From positions 186,001 through 250,000 of the forward strand of contig JAUPSS010000004.1 of the NCBI GenBank assembly GCA_040285825.1: DNA of 64,000 nucleotides, in the 5' to 3' direction. The translations under genes and the position numbers were made by a program. Positions 46,657 to 58,539 of this stretch are shown here, piece by piece (within the stretch, counting starts at the first letter, position 1; each line of letters starts with the position of its first letter). This stretch comes from Eukaryota sp. TZLM1-RC. Its lineage: Eukaryota; Protista; Metamonada: BaSk clade. The notes beneath the pieces are model-generated. The model had not been told where the DNA came from and made no database searches. It saw only the letters and a program-made list of their open reading frames with translations.

Positions 46657-47690
46657 CTTTCTTCTTAATTTGAATATTTTTTGCAGCGGAAATATCTCTG
46701 TCATATACTATTTGACACTCAGTACAAATACGCATCTGCCATGATCCTGCTTGAATATTCTCGGCCATGCAACAACTTGACAGTTTGCTTGTATTAAATT
46801 CACTGGTTGACAAGTGCTTCACGTCCTTTTGATGACACAACCATTTTCTGAAAGCTTTTGCTGATCCATATCGATTGACTTTTCGGCAATGAGAAGGGAA
46901 ATTAGCAGAACCCACAGCAAGATAGAGTTTATCAGGATGTCCAGCCAGCCTTTGATATTTGTTGAGAGTCTCTCTGAACCGTCTCTCTTTTCGTCTTCGG
47001 TTATCAAATTTAATTATTTTCCATTTCTGGCGATTACTTTCCAAATACACTTTCCTCCTAACCAAATTCCAATGGTTCAAATATTGGTTGAAATTTTGAA
47101 CGGAATATTGGTTGGGAGAGTGTTTACCGGATGAAGGATTTGTCCTGTACCTCCTGCCGGTTGGACAAGGAATAACTCCACATTGATTATCATCTAAGAA
47201 GTAACCACATAATCTTGATTGGCACAGATCAACGCCAATAAGGTGCCTTTCAGGTAAAATTTCGACTGGATGTCTACGTCTTCGACGGGGCATTTTTTAG
47301 TGCCCTTCAACTGTGTTTCTCTGGTTTTGTTGGCATCAGGGTCACTTTTCATTTCATTTTTTGATCTTCTTTTCATTTTCGGTGGTTCATGCAGCTCATC
47401 TGTGCTTTCTGAGTCATTATTTTTACCTTCAAAGGTCAAAAGCAGTTCATTACCATTAGTTTTCAATAAAAAATTTTTAAATATATTTCTCAAACTTTTT
47501 CTGTTGCTATTAAATTTTTGCTCAGGACATTGTTTGATTTTTCGTTTCAGACATGTATTTTTTTATTTCCTGAACTGTGTGTTCTAGGTTTTCTGTGTTT
47601 TATGTCTACACCATTAAGTAAAAGTTGAAAACTAAGGCCCAGAGATGTCGTAGGGAGAAACCAGACGTTGGTGCAAGATCTGGTTGGTGA
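46646..47690 (-). pseudogene. Fanzor1/TnpB-family RNA-guided nuclease, 5'-truncated and frameshifted; RuvC-Zn part is an open 215-aa ORF (46646-47293)
   Basis: RuvC-I LIGVD, RuvC-II SEFNTSKLSSCC, Zn ribbon CTEC, RuvC-III YDRDISAAKNI. Upstream broken frames give LAP...HLWALVF and LKTNGNELLLTF (TDG-like motif of Fanzor1). Confidence 0.85.
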
Positions 47691-47756
47691 AATAAATTAC
47701 ACCAAAATGCAACCAAAGTGAAAACCACAGTAAACAATGCATTTTACCTCAAGTTG

Positions 47757-48605
47757 ATGTTGTTCCACCTCAAAAGCTTTGACCAGGACATATGTCTCTT
47801 TGAAATGCCTGCTGCATCTACTGTTGAAGATGTACTTCAGTGTTCCTGTAAATATATCAATCTTAAACAAACTGTTGCTGACATTCTCACTAACACCAAT
47901 GACCTCATTACTCATGGTGTTCATCGTCCACCGGAGGAATACCAAATTGATGAAGAAACCCTTTCCAAGGAAGACATTGCTGCTCTTCACAACGCTTCTA
48001 CATTCACTTACAACCCTGACCCATCAGGAAAACGTTGTGGTTTCGCACTTCTGGACTCGGAAGCTGAGAGACTCAAAGAAGCCCTCGCCAACCTTGAAGA
48101 AAGTGTTTGTCTTTCAAAAATAAAAAAGAGAGCACCTTTGGATGAACAACAAGTAATGCAAGCTCTTTTGGAACTAAAGCAATCATTATCACGTGTTTTC
48201 TCGGATGGTCTTCCTGATTGTGACCCTCTTTTTGGGTTTTTGGATTGTGACGAGGCTTTTCTTGACTCAATCATTTCGACTGACAGAACAGTCGACAACT
48301 CAGCTCTATGGTGGGCTAGCAAACGATTAGACCCTAGTAAGATAGTATCGAGTTATATGGGTGGTAACGAGAAGACCAAAGTTTTGGTTAAACTTTCATC
48401 TAAAGAGGGCGGAGCTCCCCCTTCTGAGAAAGCAGTAGATGCTGAGACAGAGAAGAGGTTGATGCATTTTTATTATAAGAAACAGGAAGAGTATAAGAGA
48501 ATTACTAATGCCGATGATGGATTTAGTAGTTTGAATAGCGAATGGGCTGATCCCAAAGCACTCAAGACTTCATTAAATGGTCTTGATTCGATTAGGTTTA
48601 TTTAA
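47757..48605 (+). CDS. CFAP298: Cilia- and flagella-associated protein 298 (C21orf59/FBB18-like)
   Basis: HGVHRPPE, PDPSGKRCG, LWWASKRL, YMGGNEKTKVLVKL...GAP, YYKKQEE, NSEWADPKALK. Confidence 0.92.
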   Translation: MLFHLKSFDQDICLFEMPAASTVEDVLQCSCKYINLKQTVADILTNTNDLITHGVHRPPEEYQIDEETLSKEDIAALHNASTFTYNPDPSGKRCGFALLDSEAERLKEALANLEESVCLSKIKKRAPLDEQQVMQALLELKQSLSRVFSDGLPDCDPLFGFLDCDEAFLDSIISTDRTVDNSALWWASKRLDPSKIVSSYMGGNEKTKVLVKLSSKEGGAPPSEKAVDAETEKRLMHFYYKKQEEYKRITNADDGFSSLNSEWADPKALKTSLNGLDSIRFI

Positions 48606-49306
48606 CAATTGTTTTTCAACAATAAAAGGTTTTATTTAGTTTTTTTGGTTGTCTAGTAACAATATTCAAATGAATAACCTTATCAAATTCCTAATTCTTT
48701 TTTTTGTTCAAGGGAATTCAACACCAAGCCATAAACACCCCAAATGGTTGACTTCCTTTCTACTACGTTTCTATTTATCAATACAAATGAAATTGTCACT
48801 TTTGTCGGAAGGAGTACTCTACTCTTTTAGAATTAGAACTATCAAGTACAGTATGCAATGACATTTTGACAAGGAATTTCAAGCATTTGAAATTCATATA
48901 AAGAAGATGGAATTTTCCAAATAATATAACAGCTGGATAAATTGTAGCATTAGTTTTAATCAAGTTACTGTGGTACAGAAATACCTGTCACAAAACATGA
49001 ATTTTTGGTAGAATGGGAGAAGAACAGAAACAGATCCACTTTCATATGACAAAACTACTAACTTGTTGATATAAATCTGATTAAGATGAAGTAGTATCTG
49101 ACTGTAGTGGCATAGAAGGACATATGGCTCGAACATTAAACAAAAACTTATCTGAAACAGTTACGCATCCGATTAAAACTCCCTAAATTTGTCCATTAAA
49201 CGTCCTTTAAACGGTTAGATTTTCCTTAAACAAAAAAGAAGTGTTATTACAATATACATTCTACCACAATCATCTAGTATAATTGATTTATTTTCACCAA
49301 TAGACC

Positions 49307-51098
49307 CTACTCATATTCAAACCAACTGTTACCAATGAATTCCCGAAGTATACTGGTTGGGGGAACAAAGGTGGTATCAATGGAATAAAACACAGACAAG
49401 AAGGCTATTAATCGCCTGGCTTCACTATACCTTTAGTTAGATAATTGGAACCAACACAAACCATTCAGAATCAGGAGGAATAGACCTCAGTAAAGGTTGA
49501 ACAAGAGAACTTAGAACTGCAAATTCATAATCAAGAGCAGAGTTGAAGAATGCATCTGCTGTATCTTGGTATTTGTAAATCCACTTCTGCTCTCCCCTGA
49601 CAACAGCAGGCCATAGCTCAAATGTTTTGTGTGCTGTGTTTCCTCTATATTTGAAGTCTCTAAGCAGACGACGACACAAACGTGTATCAGAAGTGGAAAT
49701 TCTGTTGTGGTCATCAACATTTAGCTGGCAGAGAGGAGAGATGAAGATCTTGAAGATTCTGGAAGGCCCAATGTCTATATCCTCAGTTAAAAGCGGATTT
49801 AAAGCATGAAGACCTTCCAAAATCAAGACTCCATTGTCCTCAAGATGCACTTTGTGTGATGCTTCTATTCTTAAACCTGATTTGAAGTCAAAACTTGGCA
49901 AGAAAGCTTGTTTTTCGTTCAATAAGCTAACCAAGGTTGTTTTCAGCAGATTTAAATCAAGTGCGTGAACTGATTCAAAGTCAAACCTGCCTTCCTCATC
50001 CAATGGGGTTTCCAGTCTTGGCAAGTAAAATGAGTCCAAAGAACAAATAACTACCTTTTTTCCAAGCGCTCTCAATGCTATTCCGAGTCGCATACTCATT
50101 GTTGTCTTACCACTGCTAGATGGTCCAGCTAAGAGAACAATGCCCCCAGTTGCCGCAAACTGAGTGGAGATGCTATCAGCTATTTTGGCAATCTTAGCAT
50201 CATGTAAAGCTTCTGATGTCATAATAAAGTCTCTATTCTGATTCGCCACTACCTTCTGGTTTAGATGCCCAACTGAGCTGACTCCTAGTACATGGCCCCA
50301 AGTGTTGTATTCCTGGTAAATATTGAAAAGAGGAAGATTATCCTCAAATGGTGCTAATTCAAGTGTTCCTTTTGTTGGAAATCTTAATAAGAGCCCATTT
50401 CTGTATTTTTCTACGCTGAAGCTCTGAATTATGCCTGTACTGGCTGCCAAGCAAGTATCAAAATAGACCAGGTCCATGTAAAGGGGATTAACAACAGGAT
50501 TGGGTCCCTTATTGAGTATACGGTTTACTTTAACAAAAGGTTCGTTCAATTGTTGGAGCAACAACACAGTCTGGTTCCTCCTCGCTGCTCTGAACGCCGA
50601 AACAGAATGTGCATGGGACATTGTTTCTTGGACAATGGGAAAGTTTGCTTGAACAAGTTCCATCAAGGTTAAATTCAATGATTCTACATCATCAACGCTT
50701 ACTTCATCTTCATCGCCATAAAAATAGTAAAGAGCTTCAGAGACTGAATGAGAGACAACAAGGCGACGATTGGGGAATAGACTCTCACTGACTGCCGCAA
50801 GACCAAACATGGCTGTTGCGCGGTAGATCCGTGTTCCCAGCTCTGAATTGAGGAAGACAGGAACGATTGTACATGGATGTGTGACAAGCTGACTGAGAGA
50901 TGTCAGTAAATTGTCCATAGTGCATGCGACAAGGTGCTGTTCATCATCATCGTAGTGTTTAGCTAATACATCAATGATTGTAGTGTGGGAAGGAACCTCT
51001 ACTTGTGCATCTGGAAGGTTGACGGTGATAGCAGGTCGTGTTACTTTACGATGTGCCACAAAGGGTGAGGTACGTCTGACAGGTGCTGGTGGATGCAT
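49307..51098 (-). CDS. udk: Bacterial-type long uridine kinase (TGS/ThrRS-like N-terminus + P-loop kinase), one 31-nt intron (49431-49461)
   Basis: G.RIYR, SEALH, LAGPSSSGKTT, DFES, EGLHALNP, RGEQKWI, FNSALDYE. Splicing adds WYSEARRL...VPPTSILREFIG...YE*. Confidence 0.88.
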
Positions 51099-52659
51099 AA
51101 GATAGGTTTACAGTCACGATTCACTTGGTTAAGTGTCATTTCTCTCACTCTTTTTAATTGATTTTATTTTATTAAATGTTATGAATTTTTCAATTGGGAC
51201 ATTTATTATTTTGTATGTGGATGTTGATAGTCAAGAAAACCGACATTGTGTTGAATTTGTCAAACAATATTACCTAATAGTACGTTCTATCTGATGGTAT
51301 ATTACTTCATTGTACCATGAACAGAATAACTGGATCAACATGTGTAATTACAATTGACGGACATTTAATACAAAAAGATACTTCAGAATTTTGGATTTCA
51401 TTGTATCCAAAGGCTATATTTTGTATGTGATAATTACGTAAGTCTTATGCATAAACTTTGTGCATTTCCACAATTAAAGATGTGACTTTTCATTTGTTTT
51501 TGAGAAATTGCCAATTCAAATCATAGTTGAAGATGACGTCGAAGCATCATTACAAATGTTAAGTCTTGTGATTGTTGTTCATTTTTTCACCATATCAATG
51601 ATTGCAATAATGAATACTGAAAAACAAATTTCAATCTATTTTTGAAATTCAAATTGATCAATATAGTTTTAACTTTTTTTATTCGACTATAATTCTGCCT
51701 GTACTTTCAGGACATTCGTTTTACGGTACAGAAAGCATGCACTCAATAAGGAAGTCGTCTGATAAAAAGGTCAGCAAATTCAACAGGCAAATCATGCTGC
51801 AATGGAGTTTGGTTACGCCAAATCTTGCACTTCAGTACTCGGTTTCAACTGCATGTTCTATCCCCACTAGTGGAGTAGACAACTGTCGTTTGAAGAAGAT
51901 TGTGAGATGACATTTCTGATTAGTAGTCAAGATTTAATTTGGAAAAGATTATATTGTGAAGAAAGATTGTTATAAATGAAACAACAATAATCTACAAGGA
52001 GGGAAACCCCCATGCACACTACCGTAAGGACAAAATGAGCTTGAGTGCAATCTGAAGTATGTTTTAAACGGCTCCAGCAGCTTTTCCACTCATGGGTCTT
52101 CAGCTGTTGTGAGTTTCATTCCTCAAATCTGCTTTTGTCAAACAGTTATTGTAATAAGTTGTTTTGAGACAGATACTTCACACCTGAAAATTCACCTAAG
52201 AATAATCTAGTTTGGGAAGTTTAAGCTATATGAAGATAGAGAAGGGGTTTGAGGAATCTTTATTCAAGCAATTATACTGTACACCACTTTAGTATACTAT
52301 ATTATACTCCACGCCACGTCACCAAAAAGCACGACTTGTCATCCAGACAATGCCCCATACAACAAGAAATGTTGAATTTGGCTTACGAAGGCAACCACTT
52401 TTGTGTTCGCACATTGGTAAACAAATCAATAGTAAAAACTTGGATAACTTCACCAATGTCACAACAAAACCAATGTTCAAAGGTCACTATATCCCAACTG
52501 CTAAAAGAATTGGCACCCAAGCACAAGGATACTGAGCACAAATTCACCCCAAAAGTTAAACCTGCGTCCTTTAAGAAAACAACAATTGGAGCTGGTGATT
52601 ATGATTAAAAAACTATACAATAAACATTTATTCAACAAATATACATAAACAATTACATC

Positions 52660-53868
52660 CTAATTTTCAACCTTGGAAGTCCATCCAAACAAGTCGTCAA
52701 CATTACCCATTTGAATGCCAACGAGTTTTTCATACAACTCAGTGGTGATTTTACCAGGATTACCATCAGATACAACGACAGTTTCGTTTTCAGAGCCGAC
52801 CTTACAAACGGGAGTAACGCAAGCAGCTGTACCACAACAAAAGATTTCAGAAATATCACCTGATTTGATTTCATCAAACAAATCCTGCACAGTAACTTCC
52901 TCTTCAGCAGTTGGGTAACCACAAGATTTGGCCAACTCCAAGATGGAGCTTCGAGTAATACCACGCAAGATAGTTCCAGTCAAAGGAGGAGTTGTAACTA
53001 CACCCTTTCTTACACAAAAGAAAGTGGCAGCTCCAACTTCTTCAACAGTGGTATGGTCCCCAGCATTGGTCCAGAGAACTTGATTAAAGCCCAACTTTTG
53101 TGCTTTCGCGGTAACGCTGAGAGTAGAAGCATAATTTCCACCTAAAATCAAAATCTAGATAAAGTAACCAACCTGTCTTTGCTTCACCGACTCCTCCCTT
53201 AAAGGCTCTGACAAAGTCACGTTCTACAAAAATAGAGATTCCTTTGAACCCACCACTAAAGTAAGGGGCAGAAGGAGAAAGAATGGTGAAGAAAACGTAA
53301 CGAGAAGCGGGAGCTACACCTAAAAAGCTATCACAGCCGATCATAGTAGGTCTGATGTACATCGAAAATCCTTTCTCATTGGGAACCCAGTCTTGATCAA
53401 TTTTCAGCAGGGCCTCCAAACTCTCAACAAAAAGTTCTTCAGGAACAGCAGGCATACAAACGCGTTCAGCAGATTCATTGAAGCGACGAGCATTATCATA
53501 AGGACGGAAGAGAGCGAGAGATCCGTCATTCCATTTATAGGCCTTCATACCCTCAAAGATTTCCTGGCATGAGAGTAAGCAAAATATTGTAACAACATAC
53601 CATAGTGGATGGCTTTGGATGCTGGGTCCAATTTAAAATTGGCGTAAGGAACAATCCTACAGGGGCCCCATTCACCATTAACCCATTCACAAACAACCAT
53701 GTGATCAGAAATGGTGCGACCAAAACCAAGGTTCGACGACTCAACCTTTGGCCTGGGTTTTTCTGTCTTATAGACTTCGATATTGTGGCCAGAAGCAGTT
53801 TTCAAGACTTCAGAGGGAGGTCCTCTCTCGATGGTATCGACGTTGGAGTATGCTACGGATGACGACAT
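52660..53868 (-). CDS. ilvE: Branched-chain amino acid aminotransferase (class IV PLP), introns 53569-53600 (GT-AT) and 53142-53172 (GT-AG)
   Basis: LGFG...DHM, HYGQEIFEGMKAY, LFRP, YIRP, GEAKTGGNYA, EEVGA, ILRGITRSS, CGTAA. Confidence 0.9.
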
Positions 53869-54196
53869 TAAGAAGATCTAAAAGCAGTGTAGTTTTTTGA
53901 TCTTTTGTCTTTTTGATTCAATTCAAATCATTGTCGACTTTCATTGTGAATCCTCTTCTGATTCTGTTCAGTACCCATGCGATATAGAACAAGACACCCA
54001 CCATAACACCACCTCTGCTTCATATAAAATTCCTCCTTTCAATTCGAATTTTTTTAGCTTCCAAGTGCTATGTGCAATTGCTCAGAACGGAAATTTAAAC
54101 AAAAAAGACTAATATTTATTTCAAAAAATAGACAAAAAGTATTCAATTTACAATTAATCACAATCAATCACCAACCCCAACTAACCCCAACTAACC

Positions 54197-55228
54197 CTAA
54201 CTTTGCCAAGGAGCCTGAATATCAGGGTAGTAATTCCTCAAAGCTTCTACTTCCTTCCAAAACTCATCAAACTCTTCTTGAACCATTGCAGACTCACCAT
54301 TAGGCAATGTTGGTTTAACTTTGACCTCAGCTTGAAGATCCTTCTCCCAAGGAGCAACAGTTTTTTTTCTATGTGGACACTGCCAAGGTCGATGATCATA
54401 CTGCCCACAATGAAGACATTCCTGTCTCTCATCCTCCTTCAGCGTACCATTGAGTTCAGCCAACATCCTCAACTGAGTCTTTTTGTGTTCATTTTCATCA
54501 TCAGGGATGGGAACCAAGAGCTGTTCAATCCTTGTTGCTGCCTTATTCAGAGCCCATTGACTATCAGCCTCTAACCTCACGTGAAGATCTTCATCATCAC
54601 CAGCTTGGGGTCGAACCCTTCCTCGACCAGCCTTTGTACTTCCCTTTCCCCTGATCATAATCTTACACCCAGTTTCAGCTTCCAATTTCTTTAAAGACTC
54701 TCCTCTCGGTCCAATAAGCAGCCCTACAAAGTTAGTCTCAGGGTGGTCCTCTTGGGGTATGGGAAGTTTGGTTGAGTATTTGTTTGAAGTCGGGCACCAA
54801 TCAGGTGGAGGGTAGAACAATGGATTGGTACGAAGACCGTCTTCAATGATTTGATCACGGTCCTGGCGAATGGTCTGGCGGCCTTCAAGAGAGGACTCAC
54901 GGAGCATGTTTTGATGGAGAGAGTTGACTTTGAGGGTGATGACACGGGCTTTGATGGCGAGTTGGGCCATTTCAGCGGCTTCTACGGCAGCTTTAAAGCC
55001 ACGGGAAGGCTCAATGGAGATGTCATCTGAGAACCGAGAGAAGGAACGAGGTTCTCTTTGTCTGACGGTTGTGTGTGTCGGACCTGGAGGAGGTGGTGGC
55101 CCAGGAGCTATAGGAGGTGCACCCGGGGGTTCAGGAGGAGGGGGAGGAATTTCACCATGTTCAGGAGAATCAATAGGTGGAGGTGGTGGCGGTGCGTCAT
55201 CAAAGCCTGGTGGAGGAGGTGTGTGCAT
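54197..55228 (-). CDS. SF1: Splicing factor 1 / branchpoint-binding protein
   Basis: KH-QUA2 (NFVGLLIGPRG...KIMIRGKGS...LHV...QLRMLAELNGTL), zinc knuckle CLHCGQYDHRPWQC, Pro-rich N-terminus. Confidence 0.93.
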   Translation of the reverse strand: MHTPPPPGFDDAPPPPPPIDSPEHGEIPPPPPEPPGAPPIAPGPPPPPGPTHTTVRQREPRSFSRFSDDISIEPSRGFKAAVEAAEMAQLAIKARVITLKVNSLHQNMLRESSLEGRQTIRQDRDQIIEDGLRTNPLFYPPPDWCPTSNKYSTKLPIPQEDHPETNFVGLLIGPRGESLKKLEAETGCKIMIRGKGSTKAGRGRVRPQAGDDEDLHVRLEADSQWALNKAATRIEQLLVPIPDDENEHKKTQLRMLAELNGTLKEDERQECLHCGQYDHRPWQCPHRKKTVAPWEKDLQAEVKVKPTLPNGESAMVQEEFDEFWKEVEALRNYYPDIQAPWQS

Positions 55229-55496
55229 TGAAGAGTTATTTAAAGTTTAAACTAGGAGAAATTTCTTTCAACTCAAAAGTTTTAAGGTCTGCTAAAGAAT
55301 AAAGTACTTAAGTGAGTTTACATCTTCTACTCAATGAATGTTGTGATTAAGAACTTTGTGTATTATGTAGGGATCATTTACACCATTATAATAATAATAC
55401 AATTCATTGTATTGAAGAAATTCATCAAAAACAACATCAATACCATCCAGTTTTTTTTGTAGAAACACTTATTTTATTCAAACAAAATTGTTAAAA

Positions 55497-56815
55497 ATTA
55501 AAAAGGAATTTGCTCAAACTCCACATCTACCATTGAAAATATATTTAGAGCATTTTCTTCATAAGATCTTCCTAGTGATAACAACGAGCTAGAAACAAGG
55601 CTATACATTCCAAAAAAAATAGACATACACTCTATTTGCCAAAAGATTTGGTAAAATATTGTTCCAGTTCTGTTTTTGACAAAAGATGAAAAATCATCTA
55701 TAAAAGATGACGCAGTTTTACCCAAGGTTCCAGAAAATGCAAAAGCAAAATAAAATGACAAAGAAAGTATTGAGTATGTGAGTTAGAATTCAGATTATCG
55801 ATTAGAGTATTGATTAACAAACAATAAAAAGATTTGATATTTTCTTTGGCGCTCTCGACTACGATTTGCCATTATCACTGGAATACCTCGGTTTTTCAAT
55901 CGAATTAGAGAAGCTTTAGCTAGACAGCAAGCAGATCAAGATTTTGTAGAGGAAATCTTGGTTCAATAAATATCGTTCCATTAGTTATGAGTTTATTTTG
56001 TAAAGTGTGCAAGATCAATAAAAAACAATAGTAATTTTGATTTATCTTCAATGTATTTATGCTACGAAGAAACAAAACAAAACAAAACAAAATAAAACAC
56101 ATAAGAAACAAAATTCTCCACGCCAACTCTTGATTAATCCTTATACAGCTTGAACATCATTAAATTTAAGTATTTGGGAACACTTCTGCACAAAGCAAAA
56201 ATGATACGATTCTTATATGAATTCCCTGCAAAATTCATACCACTTGAACGACACAAATTATCAAAATCATTGAGAAAATTCAAGCCAGACTGACCAATAT
56301 TACCAAAAATCGAGAAGACAACAGGAACAAACGAAAACTTCGAGTAAAGATTCTTATTTAAATCATTTATTATCTCAGTATATTTGTCTCTTTTACGATC
56401 CTCCACCTTGTTTAAATGACCATAAAGCTTCAACAACGGTAATTTAGATTATTGATTTTTTCTGTATACTTGATAATTTTCGCTTCTTCAGCTCTACGTA
56501 AAGGTGAATTAAAAGATGGTGCTAGTTTTTCATTTGACCGGTTTGATACATCAGTAGATCTGACGTCAAAATAATCATTGATCCATCAAGACAGGGAACT
56601 ACCATATCACCGCGGATATCAACAAAAGAATTTCTGGCAGCTTCATCAGTCAAATTTGAAAGCAAAGGTTCTAAAAAGGATTCGATCTTGTAAGATTTAA
56701 ACATACAATAGAGCTGATCACGGACTACATAATGCACTTTTTTTGTCTAAAAGTAATAAAACGATTTCAATTAAATAAATGGGTTGGAGTGACAGTCTTT
56801 CCACATTTGCATTGC
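55497..56815. mobile_element. Nested non-LTR fragments: a family C-related copy on minus (55497-55805 and 56440-56815) interrupted by a family A 3' end (+, ~55820-56025) and a family B 3' end (-, ~56055-56430)
   Basis: VRDQLYCMFKSYKIESFLEP...RGD and FAFSGTLGKTASSF; direct matches to the family A and B termini. Confidence 0.75.
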
Positions 56816-56923
56816 ATCTATATATATTGAACTAAACCTTTTATTTGTGGTGTTGTTCGTTTTTTGTTTAAAACATTTGAATTGAATAAACAAACATCAC
56901 CCTCTAAGTCCCTTTTTCTACCT

Positions 56924-58174
56924 ATGGGGATCTGTGCCTCGCGTAATCAGCAACAGTCACATTCGGTTATTACACCATGGAAGCATCCCTCTGTATCTGT
57001 TTCATCCCTTCATTTACATTCACACATTGATTCAATAACTTCATGTGCAATTTCAGATGATGGTATATGGTTTGCTACTGCTGGTGCTGATGGTGATGTT
57101 AAAGTTTGTCATGCCATTGATCCCATTTCTTATTCTCTTTCACACATACACTCTGTACATTGGTCTCATTCCTCTCCATGCCCTTCTACCTATGACCCTG
57201 ATGATATCACCCATTTTGGTGCATTTGACGTCTCCTCTCTCTGCTTCTCCCCTCCTGATTCTCCCTTCCCTGTGCTTCTCACTGGCTCTGTCAACAATGC
57301 TGTACGCAGCTGGGATCTTCGCACAGGGAAAATAATTCACCTCTTTACATCCTTCCAGGGGCAGGCTTCTTCCTTGGAATTCTCTCACGAAGATCCCAGC
57401 GTTTTTCTCTTCACCAATGACCCCCCTTCAGATATGTTCTCCTCTATCGTCGCTGTGTGCAATGTCAAGGGGAAAGAACTACGAAGAAGGAACTTTCATT
57501 TAACCAATACAAGGGCCATTTGGAGTAAAGTCAATAGTACAATAATAGTCGCTGGACTGTCAGGCTCCACGCCAAAGTTAATATTTTATGATTTTGTAAA
57601 GAATAGTTTTGTAAATATTGAAGTTGTCCTTCGAGCTCCTGTAACGGCAGTTGATTTAGTGCTGATTGGCGATGGCAGTCACTTTGCTGTGCGATGGGAA
57701 GTTGATGTTGCGTTTATGGATTACCATTTACCGTCGTGGGAACATTTTTATATCCACAACACTAGTACTGGAAATTTGGTAAAGAAGCTCAATATATGTC
57801 AAAATCCTGATCTCATTGATTCTTCATTTTTCTACAGGTTCAACAAATCAGTTTATAATAATGAATTTTTACTATCGCTCTCCACGCAAGAAGGACCTGT
57901 TTCAGTATTTAAAGGAGAATATTCCCTCCCAGACATTACTGAACTCGTCACTTTTCCCTCGGGTGTTTCACTTCTAGATCTATCAATCGAGCAGCAGGTC
58001 CTGGTGCTTTCTAGGGATGGTTGTTGTGTCCAAGTTTGGAGTTTGGTGAGTAACGAATGTGTATTTGAAATAAGTGATGGCTCAAAGGTGGTTTCTGGTT
58101 GCATATGCAGAGTTTCCGGTAAGATTCTGGTTGGGTTCGATAACGGTAAAGTGTTGACGGTGAAGTGTAATTAA
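56924..58174 (+). CDS. WD40-repeat protein with MGICAS acylation-type N-terminus
   Basis: HIDSITSCAISDDGIWFATAGADGDVKV, LLTGSVNNAVRSWD, VQVWSL, ILVGFDNGKV. Confidence 0.8.
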   Translation: MGICASRNQQQSHSVITPWKHPSVSVSSLHLHSHIDSITSCAISDDGIWFATAGADGDVKVCHAIDPISYSLSHIHSVHWSHSSPCPSTYDPDDITHFGAFDVSSLCFSPPDSPFPVLLTGSVNNAVRSWDLRTGKIIHLFTSFQGQASSLEFSHEDPSVFLFTNDPPSDMFSSIVAVCNVKGKELRRRNFHLTNTRAIWSKVNSTIIVAGLSGSTPKLIFYDFVKNSFVNIEVVLRAPVTAVDLVLIGDGSHFAVRWEVDVAFMDYHLPSWEHFYIHNTSTGNLVKKLNICQNPDLIDSSFFYRFNKSVYNNEFLLSLSTQEGPVSVFKGEYSLPDITELVTFPSGVSLLDLSIEQQVLVLSRDGCCVQVWSLVSNECVFEISDGSKVVSGCICRVSGKILVGFDNGKVLTVKCN

Positions 58175-58539
58175 TTTATTGTTTATAAAAACAAGTTATT
58201 AAATAAATTGAATTAATCAGTAAATATACTCATTAATCACAGTTGAGAGAATTAAAGAGAATTATTGAATAAATTTGATACTTTACACTGAATTTTTATT
58301 TTGAACTGTTTATTTGGAGAAAATTATTATAAAAATTAAGCAATTTTAAAACAAATTAAAAACCTCTTTTGGTTTAAAGATTTGCTACTCTTGCCTCCTT
58401 GCCCCCTTATAATTGGAGTAATGCTTTCCCGATAATGTACAGCAAACACCGCCTGGAACGAATCAAATTCCTCAAATTTATGGTCGTCTAGATGATACCG
58501 AATTTTCTTGTACAATGCGCCTTCCTTGTTCTATTTAAC

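Noticed and set aside
46646-47293. Intact 215-aa mini-nuclease with an MPRRRRRH NLS
   Set aside because: The Arg run is most likely the out-of-frame reading next to a frameshift. Upstream Fanzor motifs lie in other frames and the REC/WED regions are missing or broken.
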